DNA of 64,000 bases, taken from Thermoplasmata archaeon. Lineage in GTDB: Archaea > Thermoplasmatota > Poseidoniia > Poseidoniales > Thalassarchaeaceae. This document shows, in pieces, positions 56,338 through 64,000 of this stretch (within the stretch, counting starts at the first letter, position 1; every line of letters begins with the position of its first letter). Where the stretch lies: contig PBXQ01000073.1 of assembly GCA_002727675.1 (NCBI GenBank), positions 31,272 through 95,271 of the forward strand. The letters run 5' to 3'. A program made the translations under genes and the position numbers. Below the pieces are notes generated by a model. The model ran no database searches. It saw nothing but the letters and a program-made list of their open reading frames with translations, and was not told where the DNA came from.

Positions 56338-58716
56338 ATGCGTCGTGTACTGCTGGCCAGTTTGCTTGTATTTCTAATGCTGAGTATGTCATGGGCATCA
56401 TTTGCTACACAAGACGAAATGATTGAAAATAATGATAATTCAATACAATTAGATGATCAATCAATTCATTGGACTGCTGATGAAGCGTCTAAGTATTGGC
56501 AAATGACATCCCCAACAAGTCAAATCATGGTTCCATTATCTACGCCATCTCATCAAATCCATACTGTTTTGGGTTCTTTTGACCCTTTATCGCAAGATCC
56601 ACCCCTACCCCCTAGTGCTTTCCGTGATCACTTTGATGTTGATAATACGAGATTGATTATCGTACAACTTATTCACCATGATAGAACTGCAATAGAAGAT
56701 TTAGTCAATAGCCTTGGTTTAGTAGACCTTGATCATATTCCAGATGATTCCTATTTGATGCGTCTTCCCGCAGATGCTAAAGTTGCTGCAAGAGCGTTGG
56801 ATGAACTATCAAACCACCCAATGGTACGTTCATTACTGGTTCAACACCCGGGTTGGAGATTACAACCTGAATTAATGAATTTATCAATAGATTCTCTAAG
56901 TGGGGGTGAAGTCAAATTAATTGATGTAGATATTACTCCTGCTGGTGATTTATCTTCTGAACAATTGGTTGATTTACAAATCAGTTTACTTTCCACTGGT
57001 GCTGAAGAAGTTCGTTGTGATGCTTGGTTATGCCAGGTTCGTGGAATTGATCCTGCTTGGTTTTCAGTAATTGCTAACGATGGTAGAATTTTGTTTACGG
57101 AATCACGCAGCATGTTAGTAATTTCTAACGATTATGCTAGAGATATTGTTAGAATTGATGAAGTAATATCAAATCATAATAGTGGCCTTGATGGCACAGG
57201 TGAAGTTGCTGCAATTTCTGATTCTGGATTAGATTCAGATCATGGTGATTTTAACAATAGATTGCTTTCAATTTACCACACATTTGGTCCCGATTCTTCT
57301 GGTGCTGATACCCATAGTGGGCATGGCACACATGTTGCAGGGATTATGCTTGGTGATGGTAGTGGCGACTCTAACTATCAAGGGATGGCTCCAGCAACAA
57401 CATTTCATTTCTATCAAATGGAACATGACCAATCGGGACAGTTAGCACGATGGGGTTCTCTGTATGATATGTTTAGAGACTCGCGACAGAAATCTGCAAG
57501 TGTTCATAGTAATTCTTGGGGCAGTGAAAATATGGGTGGCCAATATACCTCTGATAGCCGTTCAGCCGATTCATTTATGGATGATTATAATGATTATACT
57601 GTACTTTTTGCTGCTGGTAATGAGGGGTCTCAAGGTTCAACTACTATTGCACCTCCTTCAACAGCAAAGAATGTCATGACAATTGGAGCATCTACTACAG
57701 GCCAATGGGGGACACCTTCTGCTGGCCAAGTAGCCTCATTTTCTAGTCGTGGAAATACTCTAGATGGACGTATTAAACCAGATGTAGTGGCACCGGGCGT
57801 TCAGATTTGTTCTGCTAGGGCTGAAGAGGCTCAATATCCAGCAGGTCCATCATGTTCTAACGCTAGACATGGCAATAATGATCCAATGTATATGTCTGCT
57901 GATGGTACTTCAGCAGCAACTCCTGTGACATCGGGTGCATCTGTACTAGTTCGCCAGTTCCTTCGTACTCAAATGAGTGTTAACCAACCACACAGCGATT
58001 TAATCAAAGCTATAGTGATTAATGGTGCTAAGGATATTGGCACAGCTAACATCCCAAATGCAGATGAAGGATGGGGTCAAGTTGATTTACAGCGTAGTAT
58101 TTACCCCACAAGTGGAATATTGTCAATGAATACTTTCTTTGACCAAGAACAGTCTTTAACTCCGGGCTATTCTTACTTATACACATACAGTATAGATGGT
58201 TCTTATGGCTTGTCAGTAACTTTGGTTTGGAATGACCGTGAAGGTTCATCTTCCTCAAGCCAGTCTTCATCCCGCTTAGTAAACAATCTAGATTTGTTGG
58301 TTAGTGCTCCCGATGGCACGCAGTACAAAGGCAATGTATTCCAAAATGGACTTTCAACTACTGGCGGCTCACCAGATAATTTGAACAATGTTGAAAGAGT
58401 TAAATTAGGTTCTACTCAAACTGGTAATTGGTCTATTCAAGTTTCTAATTCAGGTGGCGCAGAACAGGATTATTCAGTAGTTATTACAGCAATGGGTAAT
58501 GAAAACCCGGTTAGTGATCTTGCTACAATTTCCAATAGCCTTTGGGTTTCAACATCTGACCCATTAGAAGGTGAAACCCTAATCATGGGGGCTAATTGGG
58601 TCAATCAGGCACCTTCAACAACGGGGTCATATGAAGTAAAAGTTGATGATTTAACTACTGGAATGATGCTCTATAATAAGACTAAGAGTGGTTTGTCAGG
58701 TGGTACTAGTGATTAA
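56338..58716 (+). CDS. Secreted S8 peptidase (Kp43-like), 5' part of an interrupted gene
   Basis: Signal peptide, propeptide, ISDSG, HGTHVAG, HSNSWG, FAAGNEG, DGRIKPD, GTSAATP, GWG, NNLDL, NNVE; ends in the middle of a CARDB-like domain. Confidence 0.9.
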   Translation: MRRVLLASLLVFLMLSMSWASFATQDEMIENNDNSIQLDDQSIHWTADEASKYWQMTSPTSQIMVPLSTPSHQIHTVLGSFDPLSQDPPLPPSAFRDHFDVDNTRLIIVQLIHHDRTAIEDLVNSLGLVDLDHIPDDSYLMRLPADAKVAARALDELSNHPMVRSLLVQHPGWRLQPELMNLSIDSLSGGEVKLIDVDITPAGDLSSEQLVDLQISLLSTGAEEVRCDAWLCQVRGIDPAWFSVIANDGRILFTESRSMLVISNDYARDIVRIDEVISNHNSGLDGTGEVAAISDSGLDSDHGDFNNRLLSIYHTFGPDSSGADTHSGHGTHVAGIMLGDGSGDSNYQGMAPATTFHFYQMEHDQSGQLARWGSLYDMFRDSRQKSASVHSNSWGSENMGGQYTSDSRSADSFMDDYNDYTVLFAAGNEGSQGSTTIAPPSTAKNVMTIGASTTGQWGTPSAGQVASFSSRGNTLDGRIKPDVVAPGVQICSARAEEAQYPAGPSCSNARHGNNDPMYMSADGTSAATPVTSGASVLVRQFLRTQMSVNQPHSDLIKAIVINGAKDIGTANIPNADEGWGQVDLQRSIYPTSGILSMNTFFDQEQSLTPGYSYLYTYSIDGSYGLSVTLVWNDREGSSSSSQSSSRLVNNLDLLVSAPDGTQYKGNVFQNGLSTTGGSPDNLNNVERVKLGSTQTGNWSIQVSNSGGAEQDYSVVITAMGNENPVSDLATISNSLWVSTSDPLEGETLIMGANWVNQAPSTTGSYEVKVDDLTTGMMLYNKTKSGLSGGTSD

Positions 58717-58758
58717 ATAGTTTTCACTCATACTTTTGTTACTACGGGCTTCCATGAT

Positions 58759-61140
58759 TTGCGTCTTACAATTGATGTTCATGATGAAATTGATGAGCCT
58801 AATGATTTTAATTCAGGCATTAATAATAACATATATGATTTACAAGTGAATGTTTCTGCAATAGGTGTTAGGATTACTCCTTATTTGCCGTCTGGGCAAA
58901 TTCCTGATGGGGCGAATGAAATTCAACAAGCTAGAACTCGTCATATAGATCCTACGTTGGATGATGAAACTAATTTTAGGTTCAAAATTTCAAATGAGGG
59001 TACTAGTAACGAGAGTATCGATTTACGTGTTTCCCCAGTTCAGTTTCAAAGGCCTGATGGTGTTCTTGATGCGCCTTCTGATACGTGGTTGAAATTTTTG
59101 TCAATAGACCCTTATTACCAATTGGAGCCCATTGGGAGTGGGAATAATGAGATAATTTTAGACTTGGATTTAAGGGATGAAACAGCTGATTTAGATGCAT
59201 CTCCTTTACCGATATATGCATTGCCGGGTACTTATGTTGTTGATGTTACAGCATGGTATCGTTCAAACCCTCAAGTTTCACATACGATGCGTTTTACCAT
59301 TATAGTCGAAGATGTTGATGGAATGATTACTGCTTTATCGGGGGTCTCTGGACTTACTGGGGTCCCTGGGGAAGTTGCTACGTTTGGGATTGCAGTTAGA
59401 AACCCCGGCAATTCTCCTAGTGTGTACAACATTTCTTGCGAGACTCCAAATCGTTGGTTGATAGCATTGGGGGATGATGGCAACTCCTCTTCAATCACCT
59501 TAGAACCAATTCCAAGACTAGAATTTAGAACAGTAACAGTTAGGGTCACAGTACCTCCAGTGTCTGAAGGGCACCCATTTGCAGGAGTAGTTGAAGATAT
59601 CTCATGTACTACTACGCATACTCAAAATCCTTCCTTGACGAATGTAGACTCAACGACGATTACCGTATCTCCTCTCTATAAATTTGGTACTGATTTGTAT
59701 TCATCTAGCGGGGTTCCAGTTGGCCCTCAAGGGAATGCTCTTGATGAAGCAGTGGATAATAATCAAGATCTTAATCTTACACTAACAGTATCTAATCTTG
59801 GGAATGTGCCAATCGCTCTTAGTGTGGCTGTTTCTACCACTCTTACATCATGGCCTTATGCAATATTCTGTAATAATCTGGAAGATGATAAGTCCCTCTC
59901 ATTGAATCTAGTGGAAGGGGAATCGGTTGATTGTAGAATTCAAGTTCACGTCCCTGCTGAAGTTTCAAATGGGGATTCTAATACAATTTTTGTGGAAACC
60001 CGATTCAGTCAAACTGAATTTATTTTAAATCGTACAGAATTAAAGGTTGAAGAAAGGCCAGATCTTTCATTAGTTGCTTCCCCAATAGATGTAATTAATG
60101 TGGCGCCAGGTGAATCTTCATTTGGGTCCTTTATTATAACAAATGAGGGCAATGTTCCTTTACAACTTGGTTGGGAATTTGGTAGTTTCCCAGAAGGTTG
60201 GCAGGTAGGTTTCAAAACCATGCCTATTGATAATTTGGGTATGCATCGTAATGAAGAAATTCAAATTTCTGTCTTTGTTCCAGCAGGTACTGCACTTGGT
60301 CCACTCACAGATTCTCTAACTTTGATGGTTACTGGCACCACTTATGATGGTGAAGAATTGGTTCGCTCAGCAACAATTGGATTTATTGGGGTTAGTTCTT
60401 CATGGCTAACACTCAATTCCGATGACTTAGATTTTGAAAGAATGGTGCCTGATGAAATTCGCACAGGAAACCTCACAGTTACAAATAATGGCAATTCACC
60501 ATGTAAAGTTGATTTTATCATTTCAGGTCCTTCTTCTTGGGTGGTGTCAGGGCTTTCTACGATTCAATCATTAGAGGCTGGTAACTCGCAAACAATTGAA
60601 TTCACAATCAAAAATAATGGTGGTGTTGGTTCAGATGATTTGATAATTACTGCTGTACCTACATCCTCTGTTGATACAAAATTAATCAATGGTACTACTG
60701 AGGTTTATGTAAGCTCAACTTCGTTAACATCCGAGGATGGTGGATTATTGAAGGTGTTAGAGTCAGCAGGTGTACCAAGTTGGGCTTTGTTGATAGTAGC
60801 GCTAGTGTTTATGGGTGTTTTAGTTGGTGCTGTGTTAGTTCTAAGAAGGGGCGGTAGTAATTTTGATTCAGGTGAACAGATTTTATCACCAGGTTCAACC
60901 ATTATGGGTAGCATTGATCAAAGGAGAGATGCTGCACTTGATATTGGATTAAAAGAAGATGACATGGTTTCAGGTTCAGTCAGTCAAGCGGAAATTGCAG
61001 CAGCTCTTGCTTCTGCAGGACCGGGTCCCTTAGCTCCTCCACGCCCATCAGGTGCACCCCCAGCACCACTTGGTGCGCCGCCTTTACCCGGTGGTTCACC
61101 CCCACCACCATCTGGCTATAATCCAGAAAGAAAACAATAA
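58759..61140 (+). CDS. 3' part of the interrupted S8 peptidase: CARDB/NEW3-like repeats, TM anchor, Pro-rich tail
   Basis: Same frame as 56338; no signal peptide; NxGN repeats; TM WALLIVALVFMGVLVGAVLVL; GAPPAPLGAPPLPGGSPPPP. Confidence 0.7.
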   Translation: MRLTIDVHDEIDEPNDFNSGINNNIYDLQVNVSAIGVRITPYLPSGQIPDGANEIQQARTRHIDPTLDDETNFRFKISNEGTSNESIDLRVSPVQFQRPDGVLDAPSDTWLKFLSIDPYYQLEPIGSGNNEIILDLDLRDETADLDASPLPIYALPGTYVVDVTAWYRSNPQVSHTMRFTIIVEDVDGMITALSGVSGLTGVPGEVATFGIAVRNPGNSPSVYNISCETPNRWLIALGDDGNSSSITLEPIPRLEFRTVTVRVTVPPVSEGHPFAGVVEDISCTTTHTQNPSLTNVDSTTITVSPLYKFGTDLYSSSGVPVGPQGNALDEAVDNNQDLNLTLTVSNLGNVPIALSVAVSTTLTSWPYAIFCNNLEDDKSLSLNLVEGESVDCRIQVHVPAEVSNGDSNTIFVETRFSQTEFILNRTELKVEERPDLSLVASPIDVINVAPGESSFGSFIITNEGNVPLQLGWEFGSFPEGWQVGFKTMPIDNLGMHRNEEIQISVFVPAGTALGPLTDSLTLMVTGTTYDGEELVRSATIGFIGVSSSWLTLNSDDLDFERMVPDEIRTGNLTVTNNGNSPCKVDFIISGPSSWVVSGLSTIQSLEAGNSQTIEFTIKNNGGVGSDDLIITAVPTSSVDTKLINGTTEVYVSSTSLTSEDGGLLKVLESAGVPSWALLIVALVFMGVLVGAVLVLRRGGSNFDSGEQILSPGSTIMGSIDQRRDAALDIGLKEDDMVSGSVSQAEIAAALASAGPGPLAPPRPSGAPPAPLGAPPLPGGSPPPPSGYNPERKQ

Positions 61141-61206
61141 TCTCTACGTTTGGTTATATTCTCTATAACCGTCGTCCTTATTGTTAATGGCATTCTCCGC
61201 TGGCGT

Positions 61207-61824
61207 ATGGGTGGTTCTATTGTTCTATTCGGGCCTCCGGGTGCTGGAAAGGGTACTCAAGCCGATGCTATCGTTTTGGCAACAGGTAAGCCCCAGATTT
61301 CAACAGGTGATATGTTAAGAGCTGCACTTGCTGAAGGAACTGAACTTGGTTTGGAAGCAAAAAAATACATGGAAGCAGGAGAACTTGTTCCCGATGATGT
61401 AATCATTGGTCTTATCAGAGAGAGGTTGAAAAGTCAAGATGCAATAAATGGCGTACTTTTTGATGGCTTTCCTCGCACAATACCTCAAGCAGAAGCACTA
61501 GCGGAAATAGCAGAAGTGTCAATGGTTATTTCTATTCAAGTGCCAGATGAAGCCATTGTTGAGAGAATCGTAGGCCGCCGTATGGATCCGGAAACAGGTG
61601 AGATTTATCATATCAAGTTTAAGCCAGCACCATCAGAAATATCAAGCAGGCTGATTCAAAGAAAGGACGACAATGAAGATGCTGTTAGAACACGTCTATC
61701 TGCCTACCACTCTCAAACCTCCCCTCTTGCAGAATGGTACTTGCAAAGAGGGATACTTAAATCAGTTAATGGAAATCAAGCAATGGGTGATGTTCAGGAA
61801 GAAATTTCCTTGTTATTAGTTTAG
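61207..61824 (+). CDS. adk: Adenylate kinase (bacterial-type, LID without Zn cysteines)
   Basis: GPPGAGKGTQA, ISTGDMLR, GELVPD, FDGFPRT, QRKDD; probable ATG 61207 (ORF open from 61150). Confidence 0.96.
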   Translation: MGGSIVLFGPPGAGKGTQADAIVLATGKPQISTGDMLRAALAEGTELGLEAKKYMEAGELVPDDVIIGLIRERLKSQDAINGVLFDGFPRTIPQAEALAEIAEVSMVISIQVPDEAIVERIVGRRMDPETGEIYHIKFKPAPSEISSRLIQRKDDNEDAVRTRLSAYHSQTSPLAEWYLQRGILKSVNGNQAMGDVQEEISLLLV

Positions 61825-61837
61825 TAATGGTGTTGTA

Positions 61838-62170
61838 ATGCCTAGAAATAATAGTCGCAATTCTAGGAGAGCTATGAAGAGGAAAAAACGTGCTTTTGAA
61901 TCTCAAAACCATTTAGAAAAGATTCTTATTTCTCCTTGGAAACATTCTCCTATCGTGGTAGATTCAGCGGCCAGGGATATGTTAAGGATATCTCGTAGGC
62001 ACCGTTTGGGTTTACCGAAAGGCAGGAGGGCATGGATTTGTAGGGGCTGTAAAGTTGCACTACGGCCAGGAATTAATTCACGAGTAAGGGTGAGGAATAA
62101 AAATCAATATGTGACTTGTTTATCTTGTGGTGTTTCTAATGTTCGTGGTCCTGATTATGGTGGTGATTGA
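61838..62170 (+). CDS. rnp4: RNase P protein component 4 (Rpp21)
   Basis: Basic protein; ICRGC...PG...RVRV...TCLSCG zinc ribbon; adjacent to yhbY as is usual in archaea. Confidence 0.85.
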   Translation: MPRNNSRNSRRAMKRKKRAFESQNHLEKILISPWKHSPIVVDSAARDMLRISRRHRLGLPKGRRAWICRGCKVALRPGINSRVRVRNKNQYVTCLSCGVSNVRGPDYGGD

Positions 62171-62440
62171 ATGAGTGAAGTTTCTAAGAGAATCAAAAAA
62201 ATGGCACTTGACCCTAGTCTTGAAATTACTATTAGAGTAGGCAAATCAGGGATGACTCAATCATTAGTTGACGAGTTAGATTCACAGTTAAAGGCAAAAA
62301 AGATGGTTAAAGCCAAACTCAATAGAGGCTTGGCTGAAGACTCGAATCAGCGTCTGCAATTATGGCAATCATTAGCAATTCAAAGTTCGTCCGAATTGGT
62401 AGTAATGAGAGGCAATATAGCAGTATTCCATCGAAAATAA
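62171..62440 (+). CDS. yhbY: YhbY/CRM-domain RNA-binding protein
   Basis: IRVGKSG (GxxG), ELDSQLKAKKMVKAKL, RGNIAVFHR. Confidence 0.9.
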   Translation: MSEVSKRIKKMALDPSLEITIRVGKSGMTQSLVDELDSQLKAKKMVKAKLNRGLAEDSNQRLQLWQSLAIQSSSELVVMRGNIAVFHRK

Positions 62441-62529
62441 ATTTCTAATGTAATATTAGTATTAATTTCATATAAATTTTAAGATTGTAGGGCACGGCTT
62501 TAACAGGTAATTAGAACTCGCAAGGAGCG

Positions 62530-64000
62530 ATGTCTGCAATCCCACCCACATGGTTGGAAGGATTATTAGGTACATTGATACTGTCTTTGTTGGTAGCTAT
62601 TGCAATCCGTTGGGTTAGGTTACCATATACTATTGCATTAGTAATTGTGGGTCTTGTTTTAGGTTGGCTTGGCGAGTCATTATTTACAACAATTGAACCG
62701 GACGGGGGGTTGCTATCGGCAGAACTTATTTTGTTCATTTTATTACCTCCGTTACTTTTTGAAGGTTCTTCTGCAATGCATATTGATAGACTAAAAAGTA
62801 ATTGGAGAACAATTTCTCTGTTAGCAATTCCTGGTGTGTTAATTAACACCATTGTAATAGCATTAATTTGTTGGCGATTTGTTTGGTGGGGTGAAGATTA
62901 TGGGTTCCTATACGGGTTATTAATTGGTTCAATCCTAGCAGCAACAGATCCTGTAAGTGTGTTAGCACTTGTGAGAAGTTTGGGCGCTCCCAAAAGATTG
63001 TCGGTATTACTTGAAGGCGAGTCTCTATTCAATGATGGTACAGCAATTGTTTTGTTCAATATCATATTATTAACAACACTTACAATTATTGCTGGAGAGG
63101 AAATAATTCTTGGAGCTATAATTACAGATGGCATTGCACAATTTCTTGTTGTAGTATCTGTTGGTGCTTTGGCAGGTTATGTTTGTGGTATGGTTGCTAA
63201 TCATTTGCTACAACAAAGTGAGGACCACTTGGTTGAAATTGCACTTACTGTTGCCCTGGCTTTCGGTTCCTTTTTGCTAGCCGAGATAATGCATGGTAGC
63301 GGTGTAATTTCTGTAGTTGTGGCTGGATTATTGGTTGGGAATAAAGGGACGCATGAGGGGATGACTCCAACTGCGAGAGTTGGTTTGCATCATTTTTGGG
63401 AGGTTGTATCATTCTTGGTAAATAGCATCCTCTTTTTGATAGTTGGATATGAATTACAGTCCGTAATTTCTTGGGATTTACACACTGGATATTTGGCTTT
63501 GATTGCGATTTCAGGGGCTTTGATTGCTAGATTAGTTGTGTTCCCGCTAACAAGGATTGCGAACATTGGGGAAGAAAATAAAATTGACAGTAAATGGCAA
63601 ATGGCGATGTGGTGGGGTGGGCTAAGAGGTTCCATTCCTATTGCCTTGTTGCTGCTATTATCTCATATCGTTCATGATGGTCAAGAATTGATTATTGGTG
63701 ATGTTCAAGTGAACGTCAAATTAGATGAAGTAATTTTTGGAGACATGTTAATTCTTGCTTTCAGTGTGATATTATTCAGTTTGCTATTCCAAGGATTGAC
63801 TATGAAGCCCTTACTTAATCACCTAGGGATTGGCGGCCGTTTGGCAGAGGAAGAGGCTCGTTATGAATCCGCATTGGCTCGTTTAGTTGCTTCAAGAGCT
63901 GCCCTCAGAAAGTTATCTTCACTAGGGACTGAAGGATTGATTAACGAAATAGATAGAGAAAAAATGGCAGCGCCATATCATGATAGTATTGAGAAAGCTA
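62530..64000 (+). CDS. CPA1 family Na+/H+ antiporter (NhaP/NhaG-like), 3'-partial; missing from the ORF track
   Basis: AGGAG then ATG 62530; hand translation gives MSAIPPTWLEG..., LPYTIALV, LPPLLFEG, AATDPVSV, EGESLFNDG, GGLRGSIPIALL; runs off the window end. Confidence 0.93.
   Translation, partial: MSAIPPTWLEGLLGTLILSLLVAIAIRWVRLPYTIALVIVGLVLGWLGESLFTTIEPDGGLLSAELILFILLPPLLFEGSSAMHIDRLKSNWRTISLLAIPGVLINTIVIALICWRFVWWGEDYGFLYGLLIGSILAATDPVSVLALVRSLGAPKRLSVLLEGESLFNDGTAIVLFNIILLTTLTIIAGEEIILGAIITDGIAQFLVVVSVGALAGYVCGMVANHLLQQSEDHLVEIALTVALAFGSFLLAEIMHGSGVISVVVAGLLVGNKGTHEGMTPTARVGLHHFWEVVSFLVNSILFLIVGYELQSVISWDLHTGYLALIAISGALIARLVVFPLTRIANIGEENKIDSKWQMAMWWGGLRGSIPIALLLLLSHIVHDGQELIIGDVQVNVKLDEVIFGDMLILAFSVILFSLLFQGLTMKPLLNHLGIGGRLAEEEARYESALARLVASRAALRKLSSLGTEGLINEIDREKMAAPYHDSIEKA

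Larger units (their letters stand above)
56338..61140 (+). pseudogene. 1600-codon membrane-anchored S8 peptidase interrupted by one in-frame TAA (nonsense allele or sequence error)
   Basis: SGLSGGTSD*IVFTHTFVTTGFHDLRLTID reads on in one frame; the only internal stop is TAA 58714-58716. Confidence 0.7.

Noticed and set aside
58714-58760. Programmed Sec/Pyl readthrough or an alternative genetic code
   Set aside because: The codon is TAA, which ends many conserved genes here (rps15, gap, gltX); I saw no recoding structure.
62511-63635. Three short minus-strand ORFs
   Set aside because: Antisense to the CPA1 antiporter gene.

Overview
AT-rich, gene-dense archaeal chromosome segment. Marker genes are archaeal-type (AglB, ArcS, rps15, ND-GluRS, short PheT, type II GAPDH, Rpp21). 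Together with the many giant acidic secreted proteins and S8 peptidases, they point by inference to marine Thermoplasmatota, most likely Marine Group II (Ca. Poseidoniales). Bases 1-32 kb form a cell-surface cluster: a >2500 aa AglB with a long extracellular extension and a second membrane anchor, a membrane-tethered subtilase, three 1400-1900 aa secreted proteins, an HTH-STAND-TPR regulator, and a three-gene type IV pilin-like operon with no assembly genes beside it. Bases 32-64 kb are mostly housekeeping genes mixed with membrane-anchored hypotheticals. I found no rRNA, tRNA, CRISPR array or mobile element. Most notable: (1) surface proteins with cytoplasmic tails carrying poly-Pro repeats, Trp motifs, an EF-hand or zinc ribbons; (2) recurring GC-rich intergenic inverted repeats with C-NNN-G 3-nt loops; (3) a pyroglutamyl peptidase-Nudix fusion; (4) a 1600-codon S8 protease split by one in-frame TAA; (5) apparently inactivated RecJ/DHH-like and glutamate-synthase-like proteins. 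All family calls come from motif recognition by eye, not from database searches.
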